A DNA stretch of 46,089 nt, from contig JBBQRQ010000034.1 of assembly GCA_038214755.1 (NCBI GenBank), forward strand, positions 1 through 46,089, written 5' to 3'. Positions 1-8,947 of this stretch are shown here, in pieces (the first letter of the stretch is position 1; the number at the start of each line of letters is the position of its first letter). The translations under genes were made by a program, and so were the position numbers. The notes beneath the pieces were generated by a model. That model had not been told where the DNA came from. It saw only the letters and a list, made by a program, of their open reading frames with translations, and ran no database searches. The stretch is from Verrucomicrobiota bacterium. GTDB taxonomy: Bacteria; Verrucomicrobiota; Verrucomicrobiia; Limisphaerales; CANJXF01.

Positions 1-1
1 A

Positions 2-145
2 CGGTATTTCGTCACCTCCGCGTTCAATCGCGATTATCTCCTGCTGATGGGATCGATCATGTTTTACGCCGTGCTGATTGTGACGATGAATTTGATTGTG
101 GACGTTCTGCAAGTCTGGCTGAACCCAAAACTGCGTTTCGATTGA
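2..145 (+). CDS. oppB: Oligo/dipeptide ABC permease, 3' end only (partial)
   Basis: Frame 2 reads RYFVTSAFNRDYLLLMGSIMFYAVLIVTMNLIVDVLQVWLNPKLRFD*, a typical OppB/DppB C-terminus (NRDY...NLIVD...LNP); lies directly before oppC. Confidence 0.9.
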   Translation, partial: RYFVTSAFNRDYLLLMGSIMFYAVLIVTMNLIVDVLQVWLNPKLRFD

Positions 146-513
146 TATGACCCTGCGTCCCCAAAACATTTCACTGAAACATCGGAGCGCGGCACTTACG
201 CCGCTTCAATGTGATTTGAAAAAAGATCTGCCTCCCGGTGAATGGCTTAATCGGAACGGTGCAATTGAGAAAAGAAGTCCGCCCTCACCCCAACCCTCTC
301 CCCCGAGGAGAGGGAGAAACATTCACTGCGTTCTGGGGATGGGAAACCGTTGGGTCATTTCAGTCTTACAAATAGAGAGCGGAGAAATGCAACCGCCATT
401 CACCCATAAGCTGATGGGTTCCATGATCCCCCTCTCCTCGGGGGAGAGGGCTGGGGTGAGGGCGAGCTTCCGTTCCACTCAATGCGCCGCGCTCCGCCTC
501 ACATGATATGACC
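143..513. repeat. ~350-bp nested palindromic insert between oppB and oppC, bounded by a 10-bp direct repeat
   Basis: TGATATGACC at 143-152 and 504-513; outer GGAGCGCGGC/GCCGCGCTCC pair (~184, ~496) and inner CCCTCACCCCAACCCTCTCCCC/GGGGAGAGGGCTGGGGTGAGGG pair (~282-462). Confidence 0.75.
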
Positions 514-1419
514 GAAACCATCGAACCAAACGCGCCCATCGCGGTGATCGAGACTGCAACGAAAGGAATTTCCCTTTGGCGAGCGGCGTGGCGGCGTCTG
601 CTGAAAAATAAAATGGCGGTGTTTGGAATGATCGTGGTGACGATTCTTTTTTTCGCGTGTTTCGTCGGCTACGAAATCGCGCGCGCCAAAGGTTTCAGTC
701 ACGAAGCGCAAAATCTCGCCAGCGGTGCAACACCCCCGAGCGCGCAACATTGGCTCGGCACCGATCCGCTCGGACGGGACATGGTCGGGCGCGTTTTGTT
801 TGGCGGACGGATTTCTCTCATGGTCGGCGGAGTGGCGACGCTGACCTCGCTCGTCATTGGAGTGCTTTATGGCGCGATCTCCGGATTCGTTGGGGGCAAA
901 ACGGATTTAATTTTGATGCGGCTGGTGGATATTCTTTACGCATTGCCGTTCACCATTTTCGTCATCCTGCTCATGGTTGTGTTTGGCCGAAACCTGCTTC
1001 TCATTTTCATCGCCATTGGCGCGGTGGAATGGCTGACGATGGCGCGAATCGTTCGCGGACAAGTGTTGGCGTTGCGGCACCAGGAATTTATTGAAGCGGC
1101 CTTCGTGCTGGGCGCGCGCAAACGCCGCGTCATTCTGCGTCACATCATTCCCAACATTCTCGGCCCGGTGATTGTCTATGCGACGCTGACCGTTCCCGCC
1201 GTCATGCTTTTGGAAGCGTTCATCAGCTTTCTCGGTCTCGGCGTGCAAGCTCCCGATACGTCGTGGGGCGTGCTGATCAAGGAAGGCGCGGATGCGATGG
1301 AGGAATATTCGTGGCTCCTGATTTTTCCGGCGTCAGCTTTGGCGTTGACGCTTTTCTCGCTGAACTTTTTAGGCGACGGCTTGCGCGATGCGCTGGATGT
1401 GCGGAGTGGGAAAAGATGA
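508..1419 (+). CDS. oppC: Oligopeptide ABC permease OppC/DppC
   Basis: HWLGTDPLGRD, GGRISLMVG, EFIEAA.VLG (EAA loop), LNFLGDGLRDALD. Confidence 0.95.
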   Translation: MTETIEPNAPIAVIETATKGISLWRAAWRRLLKNKMAVFGMIVVTILFFACFVGYEIARAKGFSHEAQNLASGATPPSAQHWLGTDPLGRDMVGRVLFGGRISLMVGGVATLTSLVIGVLYGAISGFVGGKTDLILMRLVDILYALPFTIFVILLMVVFGRNLLLIFIAIGAVEWLTMARIVRGQVLALRHQEFIEAAFVLGARKRRVILRHIIPNILGPVIVYATLTVPAVMLLEAFISFLGLGVQAPDTSWGVLIKEGADAMEEYSWLLIFPASALALTLFSLNFLGDGLRDALDVRSGKR

Positions 1420-1422
1420 TGG

Positions 1423-1497
1423 CGTGAAACGTGAACCGTGAAACGCGAAAGGAAAACGTCCCAATTCAATTCACGCTTCACGTTTTACGTTTTCCGT
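1423..1497. repeat. Inverted pair of short heptamer tandem arrays (CGTGAAA / TTTCACG-like)
   Basis: cgtgaaa cgtgaac cgtgaaa cgcgaaa ... ttcacgc ttcacgt tttacgt tttccgt. Confidence 0.8.
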
Positions 1498-1582
1498 CGA
1501 GATAAGCTTCTTACCGAGTGCCGCCCATGTCCGCCTGCCTTTCCCGTTGTCAGAATTCGCCCACCCCTTTAATTTCCCGCGC

Positions 1583-2554
1583 ATGAATTTATTTGTCACC
1601 GGCGGCGCGGGATACATCGGTTCGGTTTTCGTTGAGGAGGCTTTGAACGCGAAACATCAAGTCACAGTTTTCGACAATCTCTCTGAAGGACATCGCGGCG
1701 CGGTCGATGCTCGCGCGGAATTTGTTGAAGGCGATTTGGCGGATCGCGACTCGACGATGGCCGCCATCAAAAAGAAAAAACCGGAAGCGATTATTCATTT
1801 TGCCGCGCACGCCGTGGTGAGCGAATCGATGGTGAATCCGGGCAAATATTTTCGCAACAACGTCGGCAGCGGAATCAACCTTCTGGACGCCGCCGTCGAA
1901 ATTGGCGTGAAAAAATTCGTGTTCAGTTCCACCTGCGCGACTTACGGCCCGCCCGCCCGTCTGCCTATGACTGAGGATTTGCCACAGCACCCGATCAATC
2001 CGTATGGCGAATCAAAACTGATGTTCGAAAAAATTCTTCGGTGGTATCGGGACATTTTTAAGTTGGAATTTGTGGCGTTTCGTTATTTCAACGCGGCGGG
2101 CGCGAGCGAAAAATTTGGAGAACATCATCGCATCGAAACGCACTTGATTCCGAACGTGCTCAACGTCGCGCTGGGGAAAGAGACGCAATGCGAAATTTAC
2201 GGGAGCGATTATCCGACCCCCGATGGCACGGCGATCCGTGATTACATTCACATCATCGATTTGGCGCAGGCCCATCTGCTCGCGCTGAAACCGGGCAAGA
2301 GCGGCTTTTACAATTTGGGAAATGGCGATGGTTATTCGGTCCGAGAAGTAATCCAAACATGCGAGAAAGTTTCTGGAAAAAAGATTCCCGCCGTCGAAAA
2401 GCCGCGCCGCCCCGGCGATCCGCCAAGACTTGTTGCCGCTGCTGACAAAGTAAAAAAAGAACTCGGCTGGAAACCCAAATTCTCAAAACTCGAAGACATC
2501 GTGGCCACCGCCTGGAACTGGCACAAAAAAAATCCAAACGGCTACCCATCGTGA
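1583..2554 (+). CDS. galE: UDP-glucose 4-epimerase
   Basis: VTGGAGYIGS, FSSTCATYG, YGESK, RYFNAAGA, DGTAIRDYIH; ATG 1583 preferred over TTG 1547. Confidence 0.95.
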   Translation: MNLFVTGGAGYIGSVFVEEALNAKHQVTVFDNLSEGHRGAVDARAEFVEGDLADRDSTMAAIKKKKPEAIIHFAAHAVVSESMVNPGKYFRNNVGSGINLLDAAVEIGVKKFVFSSTCATYGPPARLPMTEDLPQHPINPYGESKLMFEKILRWYRDIFKLEFVAFRYFNAAGASEKFGEHHRIETHLIPNVLNVALGKETQCEIYGSDYPTPDGTAIRDYIHIIDLAQAHLLALKPGKSGFYNLGNGDGYSVREVIQTCEKVSGKKIPAVEKPRRPGDPPRLVAAADKVKKELGWKPKFSKLEDIVATAWNWHKKNPNGYPS

Positions 2555-2557
2555 TAT

Positions 2558-2763
2558 TGTAGCGGCGTGCCGGGTAGCATCTGCCTCCGGCGGGTGCGAA
2601 GAGACCTATGCGGAACGCCGATCTCCTGATCGGCTCGGTGCGGGAAGCGCCGAGCCGCGCCGATCGGGAGATCGGCGTTCCGAAGAATGGATTTCGCACC
2701 CGCCGGAGGCAGATGCTACCCGACCCGTGGTAAATCAGCGGCGGTCACAGACGCGCCGCTCCA
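2558..2763. repeat. Triple-nested REP-like palindromes
   Basis: A TGTAGCGGCG...CGCCGCTCCA dyad is interrupted by a GGGTAGCATCTGCCTCCGGCGGGTGCGAA dyad (2572-2721), which itself encloses a GGAACGCCGATCTCC/GGAGATCGGCGTTCC dyad. Confidence 0.85.
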
Positions 2764-2769
2764 ATTAGG

Positions 2770-5169
2770 ATGAAAAACATTACTCTGATTTTCTTCGCCA
2801 TCGTCTTTTACGGGATGGATGCGCGCGCACAAACAGTCCCTGCCCGAATCGATTCCATCCTTGCCGGTGCCGCTATTTCGGATAACGCATGGACCATCCT
2901 GATCGAAAACGAAAATGGCTCGGTCAATTATTATCAACGCGTTCCCACCACTGGCTACGCTCCCGCATCCAACACAAAAATTTTTACCACCGCCGCCGCG
3001 TTTGGGCTGCTCGGCACAAATCATTTTTTTGAGACGCGCATTTACACCAACGGCACGATGAGCGGTGGCGTGTTGACGGGGGATCTGAATCTGGTTTCCG
3101 AGCACGACATGACTTGGAACACGTCGGTTTTTTCGGGAAACGCGCGCGCGGCCCTCGACTACATTGTAGGCAAACTGAAAAGCAACGGGCTGACCTCCGT
3201 CGTGGGAAATGTGCAATGTTACGGAGTTTGTTTTTACAATCGCGGCTCCACCGGCACAGCTCACACCACTGACGCTCCAAGTGTTTATAACGGGGAGGCG
3301 GCGGCTGCATTCCAAGCCGCTTTGATCGCGCAAGGGATCACCGTCTCCGGCACAACCTCTGGACAATCTGGTTTCGCTCCGCCCGGCGGTTTGTTTTACA
3401 CCCACAAATCCTCCGACCTGACCTACGGCGGAAAACCGTTGCGGCTCGACGTCGCGTGCATTCCGTTGTTGAAGGTCAGTCACAACGTCATGGCTGATGA
3501 ACTTTTGCGACACATTGGATTCAAGTTAAGCGGAATCGATTCTTACTCGGCTGGCGCCAACAAAGTTTTACCCTGGCTCGCGAGCGCAGCGGGCGTGGCC
3601 ACTGCTGGAATTGTGATGCAGGACGGTTCCGGTCTATCGCACAACAATCGTTTTTCCGCCCGGCAAACCGTGACGCTGGTTCGCTACATGGTCGGCGCAT
3701 TTCCGAGCTGGGACGATGGTCTTCCCATTGGTTGTGTGGACGGAACGATCAGCAGTCGCTTCTGCGGAACAGATGGCTCAGGAACCGTTCACGCAAAAAC
3801 CGGATCGCTTAGTATTTCCATCGCGTTGAGCGGATACATCGACAACAAGTACGACAAGCGGCGTTATTATTTTTCGTTCATCGCCAACCGCACGAGCATT
3901 GATCAAGCAGCGACGCGCGATGCGATCGACGCCTGCGTCGTTCTGATCGCCGAGGAAAAAGTTTCCCCGCAACTGACGCTTGTCACGAATGTCGGCGACG
4001 GCAATTCGTTGAAAATTTCCTGGTCGGACCCCAATTCGATTCGCACCGGCTATCGCGTTTACACGAGCACGAATGGACTCAATTTTAATGCGCCCATCAA
4101 TCTCGCGTCGAATGCGCAGAGCTACACCCAGAGCGGACTCTTCCCGGGTCAGAAAAAATATTTTCGTGTGTCGGTTCTCAGCGGCGGAGGAGAAAGCCAG
4201 CTTTCGCGCGTTTATGGCGCGCAAGTGGATTCCGCGAGGTCGCGCATTCTCGTCGTAGATGGGAATGACCGCTGGCAAACGGACACCACGGATAATCCGT
4301 CAAAAACCAATCACGCCTTTTGCGCCATCGCCGGGCAAAACATCAGCGGGTTGGCGTTCGACACGGTGCATCACAATGCGTTGCTTAACGGAACCCTTGC
4401 GTTGAGCAATTATTCCGCAGTGGTCTGGTTGCTGGGTGAAGAATCGAGTGTCGATGAAAGTTTTTCCAGCAGCGAACAGGCGCTCGTTACTACCTATCTG
4501 AACTCCGGCGGCAATCTATTTGTTTCTGGCTCTGAAATCGGCTGGGACCTGGATCGTGACAGCGGGCCTACCACGGCGGATCGGAATTTTTATCACAACC
4601 AACTTCGGGCGGCGCTCAATGGAAATGTCAACGATGACGCAAACACGTATGCGGTGGTCGCGGTCACCAATGGAATTTTTTCTGGAAATCCCCCGACCGG
4701 ATTCGACGACGGGACACGTGGAACTTACAATGTTGCTTACCCGGATGTGTTGACGCCGGCGAACAACAGTGTCGCGGCGATTTTGTATTCAGGCGGACTC
4801 GGCGGAGCGGCGGCAGTCACTTACGACGGAGCGCAGGGCGGCGGCAAGTTGGTCAACTTCGGGTTTCCTTTTGAAACGATCACCAACTCTGCGGCGCGCG
4901 ATGCCTACATGTCGGACGTGTTGCGGTTCTTCGGCCTGATCGGCCCGCCGCAACTTTTGCCCGCGCAATTTTTGGCCGCGAACAATTCGGTGTTGTTGAC
5001 TTGGAGCGCCAGCGCTGGATTGAACTATCGCGTGCAATCCAAAACGAATTTAAGCAGCCCGACGTGGACGGACGTTGGTCCCGACGTGACCGCAACGAAT
5101 ACGATTGCTTCACAAACGCAGCCAATCGTCGGCGGGCAAAAATTTTATCGAGTCATGTTGGTGAACTGA
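2770..5169 (+). CDS. dacB: Secreted D-Ala-D-Ala carboxypeptidase/endopeptidase (peptidase S13, PBP4-like) with FN3-like, alpha/beta and C-terminal Verrucomicrobia-type domains
   Basis: Signal peptide; SxxK (ASNTK), SxN (SHN), DGSGLS and KTG motifs; FN3-like LKISW...GYRVY...YFRVS; C-terminal YRVQSKTNL..PTW...FYRV. Confidence 0.85.
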   Translation: MKNITLIFFAIVFYGMDARAQTVPARIDSILAGAAISDNAWTILIENENGSVNYYQRVPTTGYAPASNTKIFTTAAAFGLLGTNHFFETRIYTNGTMSGGVLTGDLNLVSEHDMTWNTSVFSGNARAALDYIVGKLKSNGLTSVVGNVQCYGVCFYNRGSTGTAHTTDAPSVYNGEAAAAFQAALIAQGITVSGTTSGQSGFAPPGGLFYTHKSSDLTYGGKPLRLDVACIPLLKVSHNVMADELLRHIGFKLSGIDSYSAGANKVLPWLASAAGVATAGIVMQDGSGLSHNNRFSARQTVTLVRYMVGAFPSWDDGLPIGCVDGTISSRFCGTDGSGTVHAKTGSLSISIALSGYIDNKYDKRRYYFSFIANRTSIDQAATRDAIDACVVLIAEEKVSPQLTLVTNVGDGNSLKISWSDPNSIRTGYRVYTSTNGLNFNAPINLASNAQSYTQSGLFPGQKKYFRVSVLSGGGESQLSRVYGAQVDSARSRILVVDGNDRWQTDTTDNPSKTNHAFCAIAGQNISGLAFDTVHHNALLNGTLALSNYSAVVWLLGEESSVDESFSSSEQALVTTYLNSGGNLFVSGSEIGWDLDRDSGPTTADRNFYHNQLRAALNGNVNDDANTYAVVAVTNGIFSGNPPTGFDDGTRGTYNVAYPDVLTPANNSVAAILYSGGLGGAAAVTYDGAQGGGKLVNFGFPFETITNSAARDAYMSDVLRFFGLIGPPQLLPAQFLAANNSVLLTWSASAGLNYRVQSKTNLSSPTWTDVGPDVTATNTIASQTQPIVGGQKFYRVMLVN

Positions 5170-5218
5170 TGCGCGCGGTGGTCATGTCGAAGTTCCGTTG
5201 CAGCGGCCTCAAAGTATA

Positions 5219-5285
5219 GGAGCGCGAACGTTCTCATCCGCGAGTGAATATTTTGAAACACGCGGACGAAGAACGTCCGCGCTCC
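5219..5285. repeat. GGAG-type REP-like dyad between convergent genes
   Basis: GGAGCGCGAACGTTCTCATCCGCG ... CGCGGACGAAGAACGTCCGCGCTCC. Confidence 0.7.
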
Positions 5286-5287
5286 GT

Positions 5288-5711
5288 TTATTTCGAATCC
5301 GGCAGCACCAGCTTCACTGTGGGGAAATAAGTTTTTACCCGCGCCGGATCACGAGTCACCAGCATCAGGCCTTCGGCTTCGGCGTGGGCGCCGATGAAAA
5401 AATCCGGCAGCGGAATTTTCGAGCCTTCCTTTTTTCCTTCTGCTTTCAGCCTGTCCAAGTAAAGCGCAAACGCTTTTGCCGCGGGAGCAGCCGCCGAGAT
5501 TGGCAGCGGAAGTAGAGTCAGCCCGATCTTCGAGGTGTTGTGAAACTTTTTCTCGATCCGGCGCGCGGACTGAGGCTTCTGAGATGGTTATCGTATTCAC
5601 CGCCGCGCCTTCAGTCGAAGCTGCTTGGGCAATCTGTTCTTTTGCCCATTCGTGCCACGGGCTATTTTTATCGCGCGCGTCAATGATGACACTCGTGTCG
5701 AACAAAATCAT
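5288..5711 (-). pseudogene. PIN-domain (VapC-like) toxin, frameshifted near 5527
   Basis: MILFDTSVIID...SEA in one frame; after a shift at GAA GAT C GGG the other frame gives GLTLLPL...IPLPDFFIGAHAEAEGLMLVTRDPARVKTYFPTVKLVLPDSK*, the canonical PIN C-terminus. Confidence 0.85.
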
Positions 5712-5929
5712 CGGGTGAATTTCTTCAGTTCATCCCATGAACAATCAAAGCGCAATGGGCTGGCTTCCAACGCGTGAAGAACTTCCTCTTTGGTTCGCTT
5801 CACAATTGGTGCGGAAACTTTGCGTAGCACGATCTCGTTTTCTCCGTACATTTCGGGCGCATAATAATCTCCCGGATGCGCCATTGGCAGATAGACGCGT
5901 TTCTCATTGTCAACTTTGGTGGTGTTCAC
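5708..5929 (-). CDS. AbrB/MazE-like antitoxin
   Basis: 73 aa, TTKVDNEKRVYLP...PGD...EIVLRKV; ATGA overlap with the PIN gene; GTG start. Confidence 0.7.
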   Translation of the reverse strand: MNTTKVDNEKRVYLPMAHPGDYYAPEMYGENEIVLRKVSAPIVKRTKEEVLHALEASPLRFDCSWDELKKFTR

Positions 5930-5992
5930 GTTGGGGAAGTTTTCACATTAGTAATTTCTTTTCAAGCCATTTGCCTGCGTTGATGGTTGACT

Positions 5993-6269
5993 GGGCGCAT
6001 CTCAGTTTCGTGCAATCATCCTTTCGTCCCGGAGGGACGTTTGACAATAGCCCGGTGTTTCCAACGCCGGGTGGGCGTTCCGGGGTGAGAAGTCCCGAAG
6101 GGACGACTGAGTGGAGAATTGACCTCGCTGGCAATGCTTTTTCGATCCGTCCCTGCGGGACTCATTCTGTTTTTCACCACGACCCGGCGTTGAAACGCCG
6201 GGCTATTCTCGATTGTCCCTCCGGGACAAAAAACGGATTTGCTCCCGTGCAAGAAACTGAGATGCGCCC
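5993..6269. mobile_element. MITE: IS-type terminal inverted repeats enclosing a tri-hairpin REPIN-like dyad
   Basis: TIR GGGCGCATCTCAGTTTC(G/T)TGCA, 21/22 match; flanks GGTTGACT/TGTTGACT (7/8 direct repeat); internal inverted arms 6025-6228 begin with GTCCC-GGA-GGGAC. Confidence 0.85.
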
Positions 6270-6277
6270 TGTTGACT

Positions 6278-7945
6278 TCACTTCACCACCATTTCGTTGA
6301 ACGGAAAAACATAGGCTTGCAGATAAACTAAAATGCCCATTAACACGGCCAGCGCGATGCTGTGGAAAAAAACGTAGCGCAGAATTTTTCCCTCGTGCCC
6401 ATACCAGTTGGTCGCCGTGCTCGCCACGACGATACTTTGCGCGTCCACCATTTTCCCCATCACGCCGCCGGAACTATTCGCCGCCGCCATCAGCACCGGA
6501 CTGACTCCGGTTTGTTTTGCGGTGATGGTTTGCAAACTGCCGAAGAGAACGTTCGAAGCGGTATCGGAGCCGGTGAGAGCGACGCCCAGCCAGCCGAGCA
6601 GCGTCCCGAAAAATGGATAGAGCGATCCGGTTTTTGCCAAGGCGAGTCCGAGCGTCGCATCAGCGCCGGAATATTTTGTGACGTAACCGAGCGCCAGCAT
6701 CGCGGCAATGGTCAGAAGGGAAAAACGCACGCGCACTAAAGTTTGGCCGTAAATTGAAACGAGTTCGCGCAGAGGGAATTTTGCGATCAAACCAAAACAA
6801 ATTGCGGCGGCGAAAATTCCCGTGCCCGTTGCCGATAACCAATTGAAAATAAAAATAGCTTCCTCTGGTTTGGTGGGTTGTTCGGTCGTGGGCGCGGGGA
6901 CGACGGGATAAATTCGCGCGACTTGGTTATGCAGAGATGCCACAGGAAACGATGGCGACGAAAAATGATTCGCCGCCTTTTTGAAGGCAGGGATTCCCCA
7001 GAGGAAGACAAAGACGCTCAAGACAATCCACGGAATCCAAGCCTGACGAATTCTTGCGCGAGAATGAATGAAGGTTGATGCGCCAATGGATTGCTCAAGG
7101 GTTGATGGATGTTTCCACACGGTTTTCGGCCGCCAAAATTTTAAGAGGACAATCACCGCGACAATGGAGGAAACCGACGCAATAATATCGACGAGCCACG
7201 GGCCATGAAAATTGGAAACAAGAAATTGTGGAACCGCAAACGCAACTCCCGCCGTCAAGGCCGCGGGCCAAATTTGCAGCGTCGCGCGGAAACCGGCCAT
7301 CGCCCACACCACCCAGAATGGAATGATCACCGAGAAAAAAGGGAGTTGTCGCCCGACCATTTTGGAGAGGAGGAGTTCGTCGATGCCGGTGACTTTGCTC
7401 AGAGCGATGATGGGCGTGCCGAGCGCGCCAAACGCGACGGGCGCGGTGTTCGCAATAAGAGAAAGGCCGCAAGCGGAGAGTGGTTTGAAACCGAGTTGGA
7501 TGAGAATGGCGGCGGTGACGGCGACGGGTGTTCCGAATCCTGCCGCGCCTTCAAAAAATGCGCCGAACGAAAAGGCGATGAGGATGACCTGAATTCGCGG
7601 GTCGGGCGCGATGGTGGCGAGATGCGTGCGCAAAATTTCAAAAAGCCCTTTGTTGACGGTGAGTTGGTAAAAGAAAATCAAATTTAAAATGATCCAGCCA
7701 ATGGGAAATAAACCGTAAGCGGCGCCGAACAGTGTGCTGGCCAAAGTTGATTGGAGAGGCATCCGGTAAACACCCGCCGCGATCACGACCGCGCAAAAAA
7801 GTCCGAGCACCGCCGCGAGATGAATTCGGATTTTTAGAAAGGCAATTGAGCCGAGCAACACGATGATAGGAATCGCCGCGACGAGCGTGGAGAGCGTGGC
7901 GTGGTGGAGCGGGTCGTAGTTTTGAAACCAGATCGCGTTGGTCAT
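6278..7945 (-). CDS. lldP: L-lactate permease (LctP family)
   Basis: FGAFFEGAAGFGTP, ANTAPVAFGALGTP, GSDTASNVLFG, NSSGGVMGKM motifs; highly hydrophobic. Confidence 0.93.
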   Translation of the reverse strand: MTNAIWFQNYDPLHHATLSTLVAAIPIIVLLGSIAFLKIRIHLAAVLGLFCAVVIAAGVYRMPLQSTLASTLFGAAYGLFPIGWIILNLIFFYQLTVNKGLFEILRTHLATIAPDPRIQVILIAFSFGAFFEGAAGFGTPVAVTAAILIQLGFKPLSACGLSLIANTAPVAFGALGTPIIALSKVTGIDELLLSKMVGRQLPFFSVIIPFWVVWAMAGFRATLQIWPAALTAGVAFAVPQFLVSNFHGPWLVDIIASVSSIVAVIVLLKFWRPKTVWKHPSTLEQSIGASTFIHSRARIRQAWIPWIVLSVFVFLWGIPAFKKAANHFSSPSFPVASLHNQVARIYPVVPAPTTEQPTKPEEAIFIFNWLSATGTGIFAAAICFGLIAKFPLRELVSIYGQTLVRVRFSLLTIAAMLALGYVTKYSGADATLGLALAKTGSLYPFFGTLLGWLGVALTGSDTASNVLFGSLQTITAKQTGVSPVLMAAANSSGGVMGKMVDAQSIVVASTATNWYGHEGKILRYVFFHSIALAVLMGILVYLQAYVFPFNEMVVK

Positions 7946-7954
7946 CGGCGTTAT

Positions 7955-8121
7955 TTAACCTGAATTTTAAAGTTCTATCTACAGAAGCTAACGGAGAAAA
8001 CGAAGACACAAAACGCTTGTAGTAATCCGACGTTAAATAGATTTGCCGAAATGGTGGGAAATCTTTTTCTTCGTTCGCTTTGTTTCCTTCTGTTGGATTC
8101 AGCTTCGGTTTTCGGATGTAA
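7955..8121. repeat. Degenerate palindromic/MITE-like element overlapping the cutA 3' end
   Basis: ACAGAAGCTAACGGAGAAAACGAAG ... CTTCGTTCGCTTTGTTTCCTTCTGT inverted pair with weak outer inverted ends. Confidence 0.5.
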
Positions 8122-8494
8122 CAGAGGTAGCAATCCACTCCAAGTAGCGTTTCGATCCTGAACCGACTTTCAGCACGATGAATTCCGGGGTCTCGTAGGG
8201 ATGATTTTTTAAAACGCATTTTTCTAATGTCTTCAAACGCGATTGCGTCGTTTTCAAAATCAGCAAAACTTCGGCGCTGCGCGAGAGTTTATTTTTCCAC
8301 CAATAATGCGATTCAATATTCGGAATGAGATTGGCGCATGCCGCAAGTCGCGATTTCAAAATTATTTTTGCGAGTTGTCGCGCCACTTTCAGATTGGGCG
8401 CCGTCACCAGCGCCACTGCAAAAGCACGGGATGATTGGATGGTTGGATTGTTGGATAAATGGATGGTTGGATTCCTGGGATCGCTGCGGTTCAT
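8099..8494 (-). CDS. cutA: Divalent-cation tolerance protein CutA (start uncertain; N-terminus runs through octamer repeats)
   Basis: LVTAP...A..LA...L..RLAACAN...I.SHYWW...E.LL.LKT...HPYETPEFI. Confidence 0.9.
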   Translation of the reverse strand: MNRSDPRNPTIHLSNNPTIQSSRAFAVALVTAPNLKVARQLAKIILKSRLAACANLIPNIESHYWWKNKLSRSAEVLLILKTTQSRLKTLEKCVLKNHPYETPEFIVLKVGSGSKRYLEWIATSVTSENRS

Positions 8495-8525
8495 AAATCC
8501 ATTCATCCAATTATCCATTCATCCG
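8429..8525. repeat. Inverted octamer tandem arrays (TGGATTGT / ATCCATTC-like)
   Basis: ggatgatt ggatggtt ggattgtt ggataaat ggatggtt ggatt ... atccattc atccaatt atccattc atcc. Confidence 0.85.
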
Positions 8526-8528
8526 TTT

Positions 8529-8858
8529 TTAAACGATGGTGAGCGGCCCATCGAAAATGGTGAGGCTGATGACTTCGGTTTTGGCGAAGTGCGGGCCGTG
8601 TTGTTCTCCGCGCGGCGCGAAGAAAAAAGTTCCGGGTTTGTAAATCACGCCGGACTCTTCCCATTCGCCGGAAAGAATGTAAGCGGATTCGTTGGCCTGC
8701 GGATGGATGTGTGCGGGAACGGTCGTGCCGGATTTGAATTTGCGGAGGACGGTGAGGCCGCCGGTGGTTTCGTGTTTGTGCAAAACGAGAAGCTCGACTC
8801 CTTCGTACGGGCCGGGCTGCCACGATTTGTCTTCTGCGAGAGAAATGTATTGGAACAT
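8529..8858 (-). CDS. Cupin-domain protein (ChrR-like cupin)
   Basis: PAHIHPQANESAYILSG...PGTFFFAPRGEQHGP metal-binding cupin motifs. Confidence 0.85.
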   Translation of the reverse strand: MFQYISLAEDKSWQPGPYEGVELLVLHKHETTGGLTVLRKFKSGTTVPAHIHPQANESAYILSGEWEESGVIYKPGTFFFAPRGEQHGPHFAKTEVISLTIFDGPLTIV

Positions 8859-8947
8859 GCTCTAATCCAAAACTGCTGAAGAAAATTTGCAAGGCTGCAT
8901 TCGCGCGAATGGAATGCGCCTACGACACCCAAGTCTCCCTACAAGGG

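Noticed and set aside
147..506. 119-aa ORF as a real conserved protein
   Set aside because: It is composed of palindromic repeat translations (PSPQPSP, LSSGERAGVR); kept only as a possible coupling by-product.
5737..6300. ORFs spanning the MITE (187, 78 and 63 aa), and similar ORFs at 16265-16717, 18393-18694 and 32548-32733
   Set aside because: They are translations of repeat elements with no protein-like features.
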